Below are positions 37,991 to 50,693 of a stretch of DNA of 64,000 bases, one piece after another. The stretch covers positions 6,166,885 through 6,230,884 of the forward strand of contig NC_057757.1 of NCBI RefSeq assembly GCF_004010195.1. The letters run 5' to 3'. The translations under genes and the position numbers were made by a program. This DNA comes from Chiloscyllium plagiosum. Taxonomy: Eukaryota. Numbering within the stretch: position 1 is the first letter of the stretch; each line of letters begins with the position of its first letter. The notes under the pieces were generated by a model. The model was not told the origin of the DNA and ran no database searches. It saw nothing but the letters and a program-made list of their open reading frames with translations.

Positions 37991-40012
37991 CCCTGTTTCC
38001 ATGCTGTACATCTCTATGATTCCATGAGCTTTGGAATGTGGGAGAAAACTGGGTATCCCTGATGTCCTGGCCAATATTGTAAAAGAGAGGTTTTCACATG
38101 ACTACTGATCACTGGGACCTTTGCAAACATCAGCTTGTGTTCTTTCTATCCCACAACAGCTACCATGCTTCAAAGGTGAATGGCTGTAAACGTTTGGCAG
38201 TCGTGACAGATTTTTTTTTTTTAAAAATGCATTGTTTTTGTGGAGTCAGTCTGGATTTGAATGTTTTTTTCAAAGGAAAGGTGTTAATAAGCTGTCAGGT
38301 TGCCTCAATTTCCTTGTGCGTGCACTTGTTTCTCTGTTTTTTTTCCTGAAAGTTCTGCAGAAATTTGATGGGGGATTTTTTTTAAAAAAGGGAAATCTTG
38401 TGCAGCTGTCTTATTGGTTATGTGGTTTCTCTCCATCCCAGGATTCCCAAGTCGGAGGCTAAGATTATCTTGTACTTTTTTTTTACTAATTGTGATTCAT
38501 GGGTTAGAAGAAGGTGTGTCTAACGCTGCATTGGTGGAATAATGCAAGGTGTGAACTATAGTAATATATACTTGGAGAGAAACTTTGAACCCACAAAGCT
38601 TCTTTCCGCACAAATGCCTCTGAGCCAGAAGATTGTGGGTTTAAATTCCAACTGCGGCGGGTAGTTTAGAGTGACACGTCAGAAACAAAGATTGAGGAAT
38701 TACCATTCGAGGCAGCATATTTCTGGTGAGACATTAGTCAGACATGGGGTTCCCTCACCTCATGTCTGAGTCCAGACTAATTGGCGATTGAGCTGAAACT
38801 AATCATCGTCTAAATCATGATTGTATCGTGTGATTACGAGGGCTTATTCACAATCTCTTGTCTGAATCTTGTCTAGATAATTTTAAATGAAGTCTACCCA
38901 TGGTTTGAACTTGTTTGCTGTATTGAAAAAAAATGAACTGCCAGATGATTTGAAATAGGGGTGAACATGTTAATTCTTGCAGGGGATTCTGTTTGGCTGG
39001 TTGCATGCATTTTACCCATGGGAGGGGATAGCAGGGGACCTGAGGTTTTGCTTCCTAACTGTGCTGGAAAACGTTTGAGAGGAGTTGGATGGGAGAAAAG
39101 GTGCAAAAATGTGAATTTAAAGCAACACTATTTAGTGTTCTTTGTATGTGTAGTAGTTTTGATGGGGGTCACCAGCTGTAACATAGAGATGATTGCTATC
39201 TGTATATTACATGGACACCCACACACCTTTCAGGAAGTAGCAGGAAGTGAGGTGGGGGTTGGTGGAAAAGAGGAAAAAAACTGGATGAATCAGTCCGTCA
39301 ACTTGTGCTTTTATTGTTCCCACCTCACATCTCTGACCAGGACGGCATTTATTGCCAATCCCCTCCCTGCTGGTTACTTAGCAACACTGTTCACGACCTG
39401 GAAGCAGATTACTGCCTGCTTTTTTTTGAGAGAGAGATACTGTCTGAAGCCCAGAGGAAGAAAAGGTAGGGAATAAATAAATGGTGTGTGCGCAGGGCTG
39501 CTTTCTGGAAAGACTTGGGAGGGAAGCCAGACTGCAGGAAGGTTCCTTCATCTGTCTTGAGTTTGCAAATGTTTGAATTCTGCTTTTTATCCACCACCGT
39601 TTCCTTGACAGAACTGCTCAGCCCTTCCACTCCCCCACCTCAAGACTCAGGAATGCCAGACCTTTAGCTGGGAACCAGTTGTGTAACAGGTACAAGGATT
39701 GGGTGGTCTGAAATAACTTTTGTTTACCTGGGTTGAGACATTCCATGACATTTCAAAGCCAACAAACTATTTTGTGTGGACTAGCCACTAATGCTGTGTC
39801 CACAAATGTGGGAGCTATCTCCACTCAGCAAGCTCCCACAAAGCTTTAACTAGATAGTGTCTGTTTCTGTGCTGTATGACTCTTCGGTCAACCTCATTTA
39901 TGCCAAACAAGTTTCCCAAACTAAACTACTCCCAATTGCCTGTGTTTGACCCATATCCCTCGAAAACCTTCCTATTCATGTACCTGTCCCAATGTCTTTT
40001 AAATGTTTCACA

Positions 40013-40349
40013 TTTAGATTAGATTAGATTAGATTACTTACAGTGTGGAAACAGGCCCTTCGGCCCAACAAGTCCACACCGACCCGCCGAAGCGTAACCC
40101 ACCCAGACCCATTCTCCTACATTTACCCCTTCACCTAACACTACAGGCAATTTAGCATGGCCAATTCACCTAACCCCTGCACATTTTTTTTTGGATTGTG
40201 GGAGGAAACCGGAGCACCCGGAGGAAACCCACGCAGACACGAGGAGAATGTGCAAACTCCACACAGAGAGTCGCCTGAGGCGGGAATTGAACCCGGGTCT
40301 CTGGCGCTGTGAAGCAGCAGTGCTAACCACTGTGCTACCGTGCCGCCCA
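40013..40349 (-). mobile_element. Young full-length HE1 SINE inserted in a CR1 tail
   Basis: Near-consensus copy with (ttaga)n tail; the flanking CR1 sequence resumes with taaatgtt on both sides. Confidence 0.9.
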
Positions 40350-41440
40350 TAAATGTTGTAATAGTACCCACCACCACCACCACTTCCTTTGGCAGCTTGT
40401 TCCAAAAAGGTGCCCCTCAGGTTTCTTTTTAAATCTCTCTCCCTCCAGTTCCCATCCTGGGGAAAAGACTTTGACTATTCGCCCTATCCATTCCCCTCAC
40501 GATGTTCTAAACCTCTATAAGGCCACCTTCAGCCTCCGATGGTCCAAGGAGAAAAGCCTCAGCCTCTCCCTATATTTCTAACCCTCCAACCTCAGCAATC
40601 TGAACCCTTTCATGTTTAACAACATCTTTCCTGTAGCAGCGAGACCAGAATTGAACACTGTATTCCAAAAGTGGCCTAACCAATGTCGCATTCAGCTGCA
40701 ATGTGACCTCCTGACTCCTATACTAAACAGAACGTGGTCAGCATCGACCAGTTGGACCAAAGGGTGTGTTTCCATGCTTTATGACTCTGATTGAGCAGTA
40801 CACTGAGTACAATGAAGGCAAGCACGCCAAACACCACCATTACTACCCTGTCTACCTGTGATTCCACTTTGGAGGAACTGTGCACCTACGCCCCTAGGTC
40901 TCCTTGTTTGGTGGCAACACACCCCAGGGTACTGATTTGCCCACCCAAAATGCAACACCTCACATTTATGTAAATTAAATTCTGTCTGCCACTCCTCAGC
41001 CCGTTGGCCCATCTGATCAACCCCTGTTGTTCTCTAGGATAACCTTCTTCACTGTCCACTACACCACCTATTTTGGTGTTATCTGCAAACTTACCAACTA
41101 TGCCTCTTATATTCATATCCAAATCATTTATATAAATGACAAAAAGTAGTGGACCCAGCATGATTCTTATGGCACACTCCTGGTCACAGGCCTCCAGTCT
41201 GAAAAGCAGCTATCCATTACCATCATCTGTCTCCTACCTTCAAGCTAATTTTGCATCCAGTTGGCTAGCTCTCCATGTATTCCATATGATCTAACCTTGC
41301 TTATCAGTCTACAGTGCAGAACCTTGTCGAACGCCTTGCTCAAGTCAGGAAAGGCAGCATCTACTGCTCTGCCTATGTCAATCTTTTAGTCACTTCAAAA
41401 CTCTCAACCAATTTAGACATGGTTTCCCACACACAAAGAT
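40350..41440 (-). mobile_element. CR1 LINE RT fragment
   Basis: Peptides [14 protein letters not shown] and GKFADNTKIGG. Confidence 0.85.
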
Positions 41441-42878
41441 AATGAGCAATTAAACTGTTTTAGTGGTGTTGGTTGACACAATTCAGGGAGAGTTCCAATT
41501 CCCAACCTTTTGGAAATAGCAGTGGATGTATAGTATCAGAGGACAAACAGAAATTTGAGATGCAGAAGGATTTTTTGATATTGTTACGCGTGAGAGGAGA
41601 AAAGGAGTTTCAACTTGAGAAGAGATGGGAGGAGTCTTCAGGAGACCCTACTAATTGGGGGTGGGTGACGATTAAAATCAACTAAAGCTGGCAACTTATC
41701 ATCGTTGAGTCTCTCTCCCCAGCCTCACTTCACTCAAACTTACTCTGCAGACTCCAATGATTGGTTTTCCTCTCTCCTCTTCCTCCCCCCTTTCCCTCCC
41801 ACCTTCTCTCCCTGTATTTTATTTCATCCTTCTGCAAACTGTATTAGAAATACTTGACAAAAAGCATTGCTCAGTGGGACACGGCATAGATGGTCAATTA
41901 AGGAACATTACCTTGAAACAAGGGGCAGTTGGTCACCTAGATGTTAACTGCATTTTTCTCCCATTGAAGATGGTACTGGTCCTGCTGAGTTTTTCCAGCA
42001 CTTGCCATGTCCTTATTCCAGATCTCCAGCATCTTGCTTCCGTACTCGATTGAATCATTCTATTTTTCAGTCGACTCCTACCAGTGGCCATGCAGCACTT
42101 CTCCAGTGCTGAGCACAAGTGTCAGCTGAGGTGGTACGTTTACAGGGGCCCTGCTGTGGACCCTGTAGCAGGGAGACCACAATCGAATGCAATTTTCTAA
42201 AAGTGGCCTGAAAAATCTCATGTGCATGACCTCCCATCTCCTATACAAAACAGAACACGGTCGACGTGACTGGTTGGACCAAAGGGTCTGTTTCCATGCT
42301 GTATGACTCTATGACTACTCAATGCACTGACTAATGAAGGCAAGTGTACTTCAATCATACCTCAAGGCCCATCAAAGGTGCACTTGTGTGAATACTTGGT
42401 GAGGATGGAATGAATAATGTTTGTTGTCTGTTCTTTTCACTCATTCAAAGGGAGGCTGCCACTACTTGTCCTCAGGGCCCCTTCATGCACAAAGGCTGCA
42501 GGAGCAGAGGTAAGAGAAGCAAAGTACTGTGGATGCTGGAAATCTGAAACCAACGCTAAAAATGCAGGAGAAACTCAGCAGGTCCGGCACTTTCTGTGGA
42601 GAGAGAAAAACAACATTATTACCTTGAGTCTGGTATGATCCCATCAGTGCGGCTCATTTCAGAGACACAAATTTGATGTTTGTATCTCATTTTGGTTTTG
42701 GTTTCGAGAGGCCAGGATAGGAATAGGCCAACCCGTTGTTCCCTTCCCCAGTCTGCAGACTGTTGCACTGGCTTATTGTTGACAGGAACTCCTGTAACCA
42801 GGGTGATTGCATAGGATTTTCAGAGCTCGGATCACTAACTTCTCCTCTACTTTTTCCTGTTTTTCCCTCTTACCACAG

Positions 42879-43206
42879 ATCGCGTGATGAAAAGCCTTGA
42901 TTTTCCCCGCCTGCGTCGTCCAGGCTGACCGATTACCTCCTTCACTCATCTGTCAGTCTAACAGTCTGTCTCCCAGAACCTTGAGATACTAGCAACTGAA
43001 CCCCCCCCCCCCCTCCCTCAGAATTGTGCCTGGCGCCTCCTGCTGCCTGTCATCGTTGCTGGGCTCCTGAGATGATGGCGCGACTTTGAAAGAGGCGCGT
43101 TTCCTCAGCACCCCACTCTTGGCTCTGAAGGGCCACGGTAAAATAGTTCCCCGTCTGCGATCCTCGCCATTGCTCTTGGGACCACTGTGCGGGTCAGTTC
43201 CTCGGC
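42879..43206 (+). other. 5' UTR part of the first coding exon
   Basis: Long polypyrimidine acceptor tttttcctgtttttccctcttaccacag ending at 42878. Confidence 0.6.
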
Positions 43207-43426
43207 ATGGCGACTTTGGCGTCGTTGTCCGGCAAGGATGCCGCACTAGGTGCTAAACCGCCAGCCTTTGCCAAACCCCTGAACGACTTGGACTTCCACT
43301 CAGGAGCTCGCATCGAGGAGATAACGAAGCTGATCCAAGAATTCGGCAAGTATGAGATGAGGGACTTCGACGATCGGCGGGCCTTGGAGGTTCACACTGC
43401 CAAAGACTTCGTTTTCTCTATGCTGG
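43207..43426 (+). CDS. Coding exon 1 of Mab-21-domain protein (MB21D2/TMEM102 family)
   Basis: MATL...LDFHSGARIEEITKLIQEF...RALEVHTAKDFVFSML matches the MB21D2 N-terminus; phase-1 donor G|gtgagt. Confidence 0.92.
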
Positions 43427-43659
43427 GTGAGTGCTCACGGCACACTGAGACAGACACCATCAGTTATAAGGAGATTTCACGATGTGAAGTCATGCCCTGT
43501 AGAGAATGGTTACTTGCACACAGCAACCATTGTTTCAAGCTCTGACAAAAAAGCAGTGTCCTCACCACCAGATCACCTGTTTTCAATGTTAGTTGAGTGA
43601 CGAATGTTGTCCAGGACACTGGGATAGCTCCCTGGCTTTTTCCAAAAATAGCAACATGT

Positions 43660-44375
43660 GATTTTGGAATACTGTGTGCAATTCTGCTCTCCCTGCTATA
43701 GGAAAGGGGTTTTTAAACTTAGAAAGGGTGCAGAAAAGGTACTGCTGGGATTGGAGTGTTTGAGCTATAGGGAGAGGCTGATTAGGCTGGGGCTGTTTTC
43801 CCTGAAGTGTTGGAGGCTGAGGGGTGACTTCACAGAAGTTTATAAAATCATGAGGGGTATGGATCGGGTGAATAGACCAGGTCTCTTCCCCAGGGTAGGG
43901 GAGTCCAAATCTGAAGGGCATAGGCTGAAGGTGAGAGGGGAAAGATTTAAAAGGGACCTGAGTGTTTGAGCTATAGGGAGAGGCTGATTAGGCTGGGGCT
44001 GTTTTCCCTGAAGTGTTGGAGGCTGAGGGGTGACTTCACAGAAGTTTATAAAATCATGAGGGGCATGGATCGGGTGAATAGACCAGGTCTCTTCCCCAGG
44101 GTAGGGGAGTCCAAATCTAGAGGGCGTAGGCTGAAGGTGAGCGGGGAAAGATTTAAAAGGGACCTGAGGGGCAACTTTTTCACACAGACACTGGTGCGTG
44201 TATGGGATGAGCTGCCAGAGGAGGTGTTGGAGGCTGGTACAATGACAACATTGGGTTTAGAGGGATATGAGCCAAATGCTGGCAAATGGGTCTAGATTTA
44301 TTTAGAATATCTAGTCAGCACAGGCGGGTTGGACTGAAGGGTCTGCTTCCGTGCTGTACATTTCTATGACTATGA
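43660..44375 (+). mobile_element. CR1 3' fragment with internal 206-bp tandem duplication
   Basis: LEYCVQFCSPCYRK and YKIMRGMDRVN; 43754-43959 repeated from 43960. Confidence 0.9.
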
Positions 44376-46310
44376 TTTGTTCCTATTATCTGTGGGCAGA
44401 TGGGGGGCCCTGGTGTTTAATGTTGCCACTGTGAGCTGGTGTCCTCTAGATACCCCAGTGCTGTCTTCCACAATTGTTCTGCTTCTGATTTTGACACTGG
44501 TGCAAACTACTATTGCTGTCAAATATCTAGCGCCGTGCACTTCAATACCTTTTGAATTTGCGACAAAACACTTTGTCAGGTTGTCGACCTGTGCTGTATT
44601 CCTGACTTCCTCTGAGTACCAGCACTGAGCATGTCAGCCTAGCTTTCTGAGCTTTGGTCTCAGAAAGTGGGGCTTGAACACCCGATCTTTTGACTAAGAT
44701 GGGAATGCATTAATGTGAGACTGTATGTAGAGCACAATAAGGTTTATAAGGTAGAGGTGGGTAGATTATCTTTTGAGGAAGGGAGTCAAAAGTCTTTGGG
44801 GGACATTGGGAATGTGGAAGTGAGATAGTCATCAGCTTAGCCCTGATTCTGTTGAATGTCAGAGCGGATTTGAGGGGCTGAGTGGCCTGCTCCTCCTAAT
44901 TCATATGGGGGTCTTCCTCCGAGTTGTACATTCCAATTGCAACATGGAAGCAGAGCATTGGACCCAATCAGTTGATATTTATCCCCCCCATATGGGCATA
45001 ATCCTCATTCCATACAAAGTTAGGTCCTTGCTTTAGAAAGCTCAGTAAGTATATGGCTTAAAGCTGGATTTAACATGGCAATATCTGAACTACAGACCTT
45101 TCTTATAAGGTTGCAAAGGTCGGTCGTTTTACTTTGTAGATTAAGATGGTTACACTTTGCTGTTTACATTTGGCAGTATATTATAACTAGTATGCTGAAA
45201 TGGTTGACTATGTAATTCTTTTCTTATTTTGCACTTTTTTTAAAAAGCGATTCTTCATGGCTTACAATTTTCCATAATTTGAATCACTGTAGCCATTTAG
45301 CATCTGCCCTCCTGGATTCTCAACAGTCCAACGATTGATATATGTACTTATCATAGCCCTTTCCTCCGCACACTACATGCTCTCATCCCAGTTTCCTGCG
45401 GCCTCTGAATAGGAGGAGGTCATTCAGCCCCACGAGACAGTCCAATCATTCAGTCAGATCGTGGCCAATATGCAGAGGTTCAGCCTGTCTGTTGTGGTCT
45501 TCCTTCATTCTTGTCTGAACAAAGATCCAGCCAACTCCATTTTGAAATGTTCAATTTTGTCGCCTCACTCTGGGCCTCAAGGATAAGACCATCAGAAACT
45601 TCTGCCTCTGTCTCTTCCCCCTTCCCTACCTCTACCTCTCTCTCCCTCCCTCCCCCACTCTGTCTCTCTTTTAAAAGACTTCTGGATGGGCATATGAATA
45701 GAAAGGGGTTAGAGGGATATGGGCTAAATGCTGGCAAATGGGACGAGATTAATTTAGGATACCTGGTTGGCAGGGACAAGTTAGACCGAAGGGTCTGTTT
45801 CCATGCTGTATATTTCTATGACTCTTAAGTAAGCACGGAATAGGCCATTCTGCTCCTTGAGCTTGCTCCATCTTTCAGCAGCATCTTGGCTGATCCGATA
45901 TTCCTCACATCCACTTTCCTGCATTCTACCCATAAGCCTCGATTTCCCCCTACCCAACCTCAAAAGACATTCGGAGCTGTATATTGCAGTTTCCCATTGC
46001 CCTTTGAGATGACATGCTGCCTGATGTTACTGTCCAAACAGCTTGGATCTAATTTTCAGCTGGTCTTGCCTTAAACAGGTCCAACCTCCTCACTCTTTCC
46101 TCCAGGTTCCTGAGAGGAGATGTGTCGGAAGTGAGTTGGCTGGATAGAGTAATAGTGAGAATCTGTTCCTGCTCGTTGCCCATCGGGTGCTTTTTAAATC
46201 TTTCTCCTCTCTCCTTAAATCTATGCCCTCTAGTTTTGTACTCCCCCAACCAAGGACAAAGAGCTTGGCTATTCACCCTATCCATGCTCCTCATGATTTT
46301 ATATCTTCTG

Positions 46311-46632
46311 TGGGCGGCACGGTGGCTCAGTGGTTAGCACTGCTGCCTCACAGCGCCAGGGACCCGGGTTCAATTCCAGCCTCGGGCGACTGTCTGTGTG
46401 GAGTTTGTACATTCTCCCCACATCTGCGTGGGTTTCCTCCGGGTGCTCCAATTTCCTCCGACCGTCCAGAGATGTGCAGGTCGGGTGAATTGGCCGCGCT
46501 AAATTGCCTCTAATGTTCAGGCATGTGGAGGCTAGGTGCATTTGTAGGGGAATGGGATACACTTTAGAGGGTTGGTGTGGACTTATTAGGACAAATGGCC
46601 TGTTTCTACACTATAGGGATTCTATGATTCTA
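46311..46632 (+). mobile_element. HE1 SINE inserted in a reverse-strand CR1 fragment
   Basis: Head gggcggcacggtggctcagtggttagcactgctgcctcacagcgccagggacccgggttc. Confidence 0.9.
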
Positions 46633-47964
46633 CGAAGGTCAACCCTAAGCCACTAATGCTCCAGGGAAAATGGCGCCAGCCTGTTCAATCTTTCCCTATC
46701 GCTCCAACCCTGGCAACATCCTTATAAATCTTCTCTGCACCCTCTCAAGTTTGACAACATCCTTCCTATAGGAGGGTGATCAGAATTATATGCAGTACAA
46801 GATCAACAGGGCACAGATTTAAAGTGATTTGTAGAAGGTGATGTGATCTGAGGATGTTTTCACATAGCAGGCAAATAGGATCTGGATGCATTTCTTGGAG
46901 AGGCCATGGAGGCAGGCTCCATTGAAGTATTTGAGAGAGCATTTGGCANNNNNNNNNNNNNNNNNNNNNNNNNNNNNNNNNNNNNNNNNNNNNNNNNNNN
47001 NNNNNNNNNNNNNNNNNNNNNNNNNNNNNNNNNNNNNNNNNNNNNNNNNNNNNNNNNNNNNNNNNNNNNNNNNNNNNNNNNNNNNNNNNNNNNNNNNNNN
47101 NNNNNNNNNNNNNNNNNNNNNNNNNNNNNNNNNNNNNNNNNNNNNNNNNNNNNNNNNNNNNNNNNNNNNNNNNNNNNNNNNNNNNNNNNNNNNNNNNNNN
47201 NNNNNNNNNNNNNNNNNNNNNNNNNNNNNNNNNNNNNNNNNNNNNNNNNNNNNNNNNNNNNNNNNNNNNNNNNNNNNNNNNNNNNNNNNNNNNNNNNNNN
47301 NNNNNNNNNNNNNNNNNNNNNNNNNNNNNNNNNNNNNNNNNNNNNNNNNNNNNNNNNNNNNNNNNNNNNNNNNNNNNNNNNNNNNNNNNNNNNNNNNNNN
47401 NNNNNNNNNNNNNNNNNNNNNNNNNNNNNNNNNNNNNNNNNNNNNNNNAGCAATACAGTCAGATCATATGGTGCTTAGACAGAGCGAGGCACAAAGCAAG
47501 ATCAACATTATTTGAAATTAGAGAGGTCCATTCAGCAGTCTGATAACAGCAGGGGAGAAGCTGTTCCTGAACCCATTGGTGCTTCTGTATCTTCTGCCTG
47601 TTGAGAGGGATTAGAAGAGAGCATTACCGGGATATCCATTGTCACTTGCCCCAGCAGCTAGTTATAAATTACTGTGCTGTTTGTGGCGGGGGTGGGTTGG
47701 TTATGTTTTGACTGACCTATAGGGAAAGTGAGGACTGCAGATGTTGGAGATCAGAATCAAAGAGTGTGGTGCTGGAAAAGCACAGCAGGTCAGGCAGCAT
47801 CCAAGGAGCAGGAGAATCGATGTTTCAGGCGTCCTGACCGGCTGTGCTTTTCCAGCACCACACTCTTCGACATTGTCATTAAGGGATAAGGCGTAGCACA
47901 GGGAGAGCCTGAAAGCAGCAGGGTCTCTATATAAGCCTGAACACGCTCCTCTCTGCTTCCACAG

Positions 47965-49238
47965 GCCTCGTTCAGAAGCTGGACCACAAGTTACCCATCT
48001 CCAACGAGTACCTGCTGCTGTCCGGGGGTGTGCGGGAAGGGGTGATCGACATGAACCCCGATGAGCTGGGCGATTACGCCAGGGGCATGGACTACGACGT
48101 CGACTTCACGCTGCTTGTTCCGGCACTGAAGCTGCACGACCGCAACCAGCCGGTGACGCTGGACATGCGGCACTCGGCGCCCTGCCACTCATGGCTCAGC
48201 CTGCGGCTCTTCGACGAGAGGACCATGGAGAAGTGGAAGGACTGCTGCACGGAGACGGAGCCCAGCCCGGCAGGCGGCGGAGGTGGCAGCTACTACTTCT
48301 CGCCCACCAAGGTGGCAGACTGGTTCTTCCGCTCAGTGCGTGCCGTCATCGAGGAGGTCCGCCGGCATCCGCAGCGTGGGGTCCCAGGCGTGGCAGCGGT
48401 GGAGAAGAACGGCACGGTGGTCACCGTCATCCTGAACGTGGGCCGCAGCCGCATGCTGTACGACATCGTGCCGGTGGTGTCTTTCAAGGGCTGGCCAGCC
48501 GTCGCCCAGAACTGGCTGATGGAGAACCACTTCTGGGACGGCAAGATCACCGAGGAGGAGGTGATCAGCGGCTTCTACCTGGTGCCGGCTTGCTCCAGCA
48601 CCGGCAAACCAGAGAACGAGTGGCGCCTGGCCTTCTCGCGGAGCGAGGTGCAGCTGAAGAAGTGCATTTCCACGCCACTGATCCAGGCCTACCAGGCGTA
48701 CAAGGCCATGATCATCAAGCTGCTGTCCCGGCCTCGGGCCGTCAGTCCCTACCACCTGAGGAGCCTGATGCTATGGGCCTGCGACCGCCTGCCCTCCAAC
48801 TTCCTCGGGCAGGAGGACAACATGGCGCACTTCCTCCTGGGCCTCCTCGATGACCTGGCCCACTGCCTGGTCAACAAGTCGTGCCCCAACTACTTCCTGC
48901 CGCAGTGCAACATGTTTGAGCAGCTGTCCGACAGCACGGTGCTGCTGCTGGCCTGCCGCCTGTCGTCAGTGCGCTCGGACCCGGCCGAGCACCTGCGCAG
49001 CGCCATCGAGCACGCCAAGGCAGCCAGCCGGCTCGCACAGGAGCTGCAGCAAACCCTGCCGGGCCTGGCCTCCTCCCAGTCGGACGGCCTCCTCTCCAGT
49101 GCGGGCAGGCAGGATGACAACCTGGCCCGCAAGCTCCAGCAGCTGGTGACGGAGAACCAGGGCAAGTCCATCTCTGTCTTCCTCAACCCGGATGACGTCA
49201 GCAAGCCGCACTTTCGGATCGACGATAAGTTTTTCTGA
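47965..49238 (+). CDS. Coding exon 2 (terminal) of MB21D2/TMEM102-family Mab-21 protein; 497 aa in total
   Basis: Acceptor ctcctctctgcttccacag, phase 1. GLVQKLDHKLPISNEYLLLSGGVREG...WLMENHFWDGKITEEEVISGFYLVPAC...HFRIDDKFF* closely matches MB21D2; 220+1274 nt = 498 codons including stop. Confidence 0.95.
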
Positions 49239-50648
49239 AGGGGCGTGCCCGCGACGCCGTCCCGGACAATGTGACAGTCTTCCCTCCCCGCCTGCCTTCC
49301 GGGCTCCCACACCCTGCATCGTGGGCTACTGGTAGTCGCGATCTCCCCTTGCATTGTGGGATACTGGAGGTCACACTTTGCAACGGGCCTCCCTGAGAAG
49401 AGAGACGTGTTGCTGAAGCTTTCTTCAGGACAAATGCAAGGTTATCAAGTTTCCAATAATCATAGTGACCTAAACCACAGTGCCAATTGGTTGGCAATCT
49501 GTCTGTGGCTACAGCATGCCATGGTATGGTAAAAAAAAACTACAAGCACCTCGAGCTTCTGGGTAATTGTTTTTGTTTAGAAAGCAAGGTTTTAGCAGCT
49601 TTCTTTCTGTTTGCATCCACTGAAACTCTGTCACCTTCAGTAAGTGCAAATGAGCCACAGCAACGCCTCAGTCAATCAGAGTCAACATGCTAACCAGTCA
49701 GGGTCGTCTTCACCTGTAGTGTAAGTTGCTGTGATGGTTTGCGTTTTGGCATTCTTGTGTTTTGTCCTGATGAGTGCAAGACAGAAAAAACGTGGGACAA
49801 CGCATCTCTCTTCTCAGCAATTTCAGGTTCTGTACTACAAGTGAAATGATTGCAATGGATGTTTAATAATAGTTCTTGAGATTACAGGTGGGCCAGTACT
49901 TGGTTTTTTTTTAACTTTATTTGAGAGAGGACAGGTCTGAAATGGTATAGCTTGGAGCAGTTTATAAGAGTATGCAGCCAATTAATAGTTGCCTATTCTT
50001 TCTCTGACTAAACCGGCTTAGAATCCTAAGGTTACGTGTCACATTTGCACCCTCTGTGTTTGAATGTCCTGCATGGGATTGATCGGACCAGGTCTCAATG
50101 TCCAATGTAAGGAGTACAATTCTCGATCCACTCTGTCTTTGCGGATTCTCGGTTTTCCCGGAAAGGGAATGTTTAGTGCAGTGAAAACGCCAGGCTGAGC
50201 TGGCACTGGGTGCAGGCCTCCGCCCTCTGATGAGGCCTAACAGTGTTGCTGTATCGGAGTGCATTTAAATTGCGTTGTCCTTATTCCATTATCAAGGTGA
50301 CAGCCCTGGAAGCAGTCCTTTCACAGCTGCTGAGTTTGTGGTCAGATTGAACTGTATCCTGAATGGATTTGGGATGTGTGGCTGGGACAGTTTGTCCAGA
50401 TAAGTCAGTTTCATTATCAAAGTCTCAACCCTTTGATACTTTCGGTTCACGTTCCAGTTTCATGGAAATATTTATTATTTGTTTTGAAAGCAGTTTGATT
50501 TTCAACAGGAGCAGCTCCAGGTCTGGATACTGAAGCCTCTCGGGTGGGCATCTGTGTATTGAGACTGCCTGGTGGCTTTGTTAGTCATTTTTAGATCAGT
50601 TCTGATTTCTGCTGGAAGTGTTTTTCTATTTAAGATGTGTGTGACTCG

Positions 50649-50651
<3 letters not shown>

Positions 50652-50687
<36 letters not shown>
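50652..50687. repeat. (TC)n microsatellite
   Basis: Perfect tc run. Confidence 0.95.

Positions 50688-50693
<6 letters not shown>

Noticed and set aside
38961..39476. 171-aa ORF with a hydrophobic stretch in the putative first intron
   Set aside because: GTG start, no recognisable homology or supporting splice context; likely a chance ORF
46311..46385. tRNA gene
   Set aside because: tRNA-like head of an HE1 SINE, continuous with the SINE core; the same applies to the other copies
46860..47515. Long ORFs spanning N runs (also ~19121-19564 and 25616-26158)
   Set aside because: Artefacts of assembly gaps
48191..49354. Overlapping alternative-frame and antisense ORFs in the terminal exon
   Set aside because: Expected by-product of high third-position GC; no recognisable motifs
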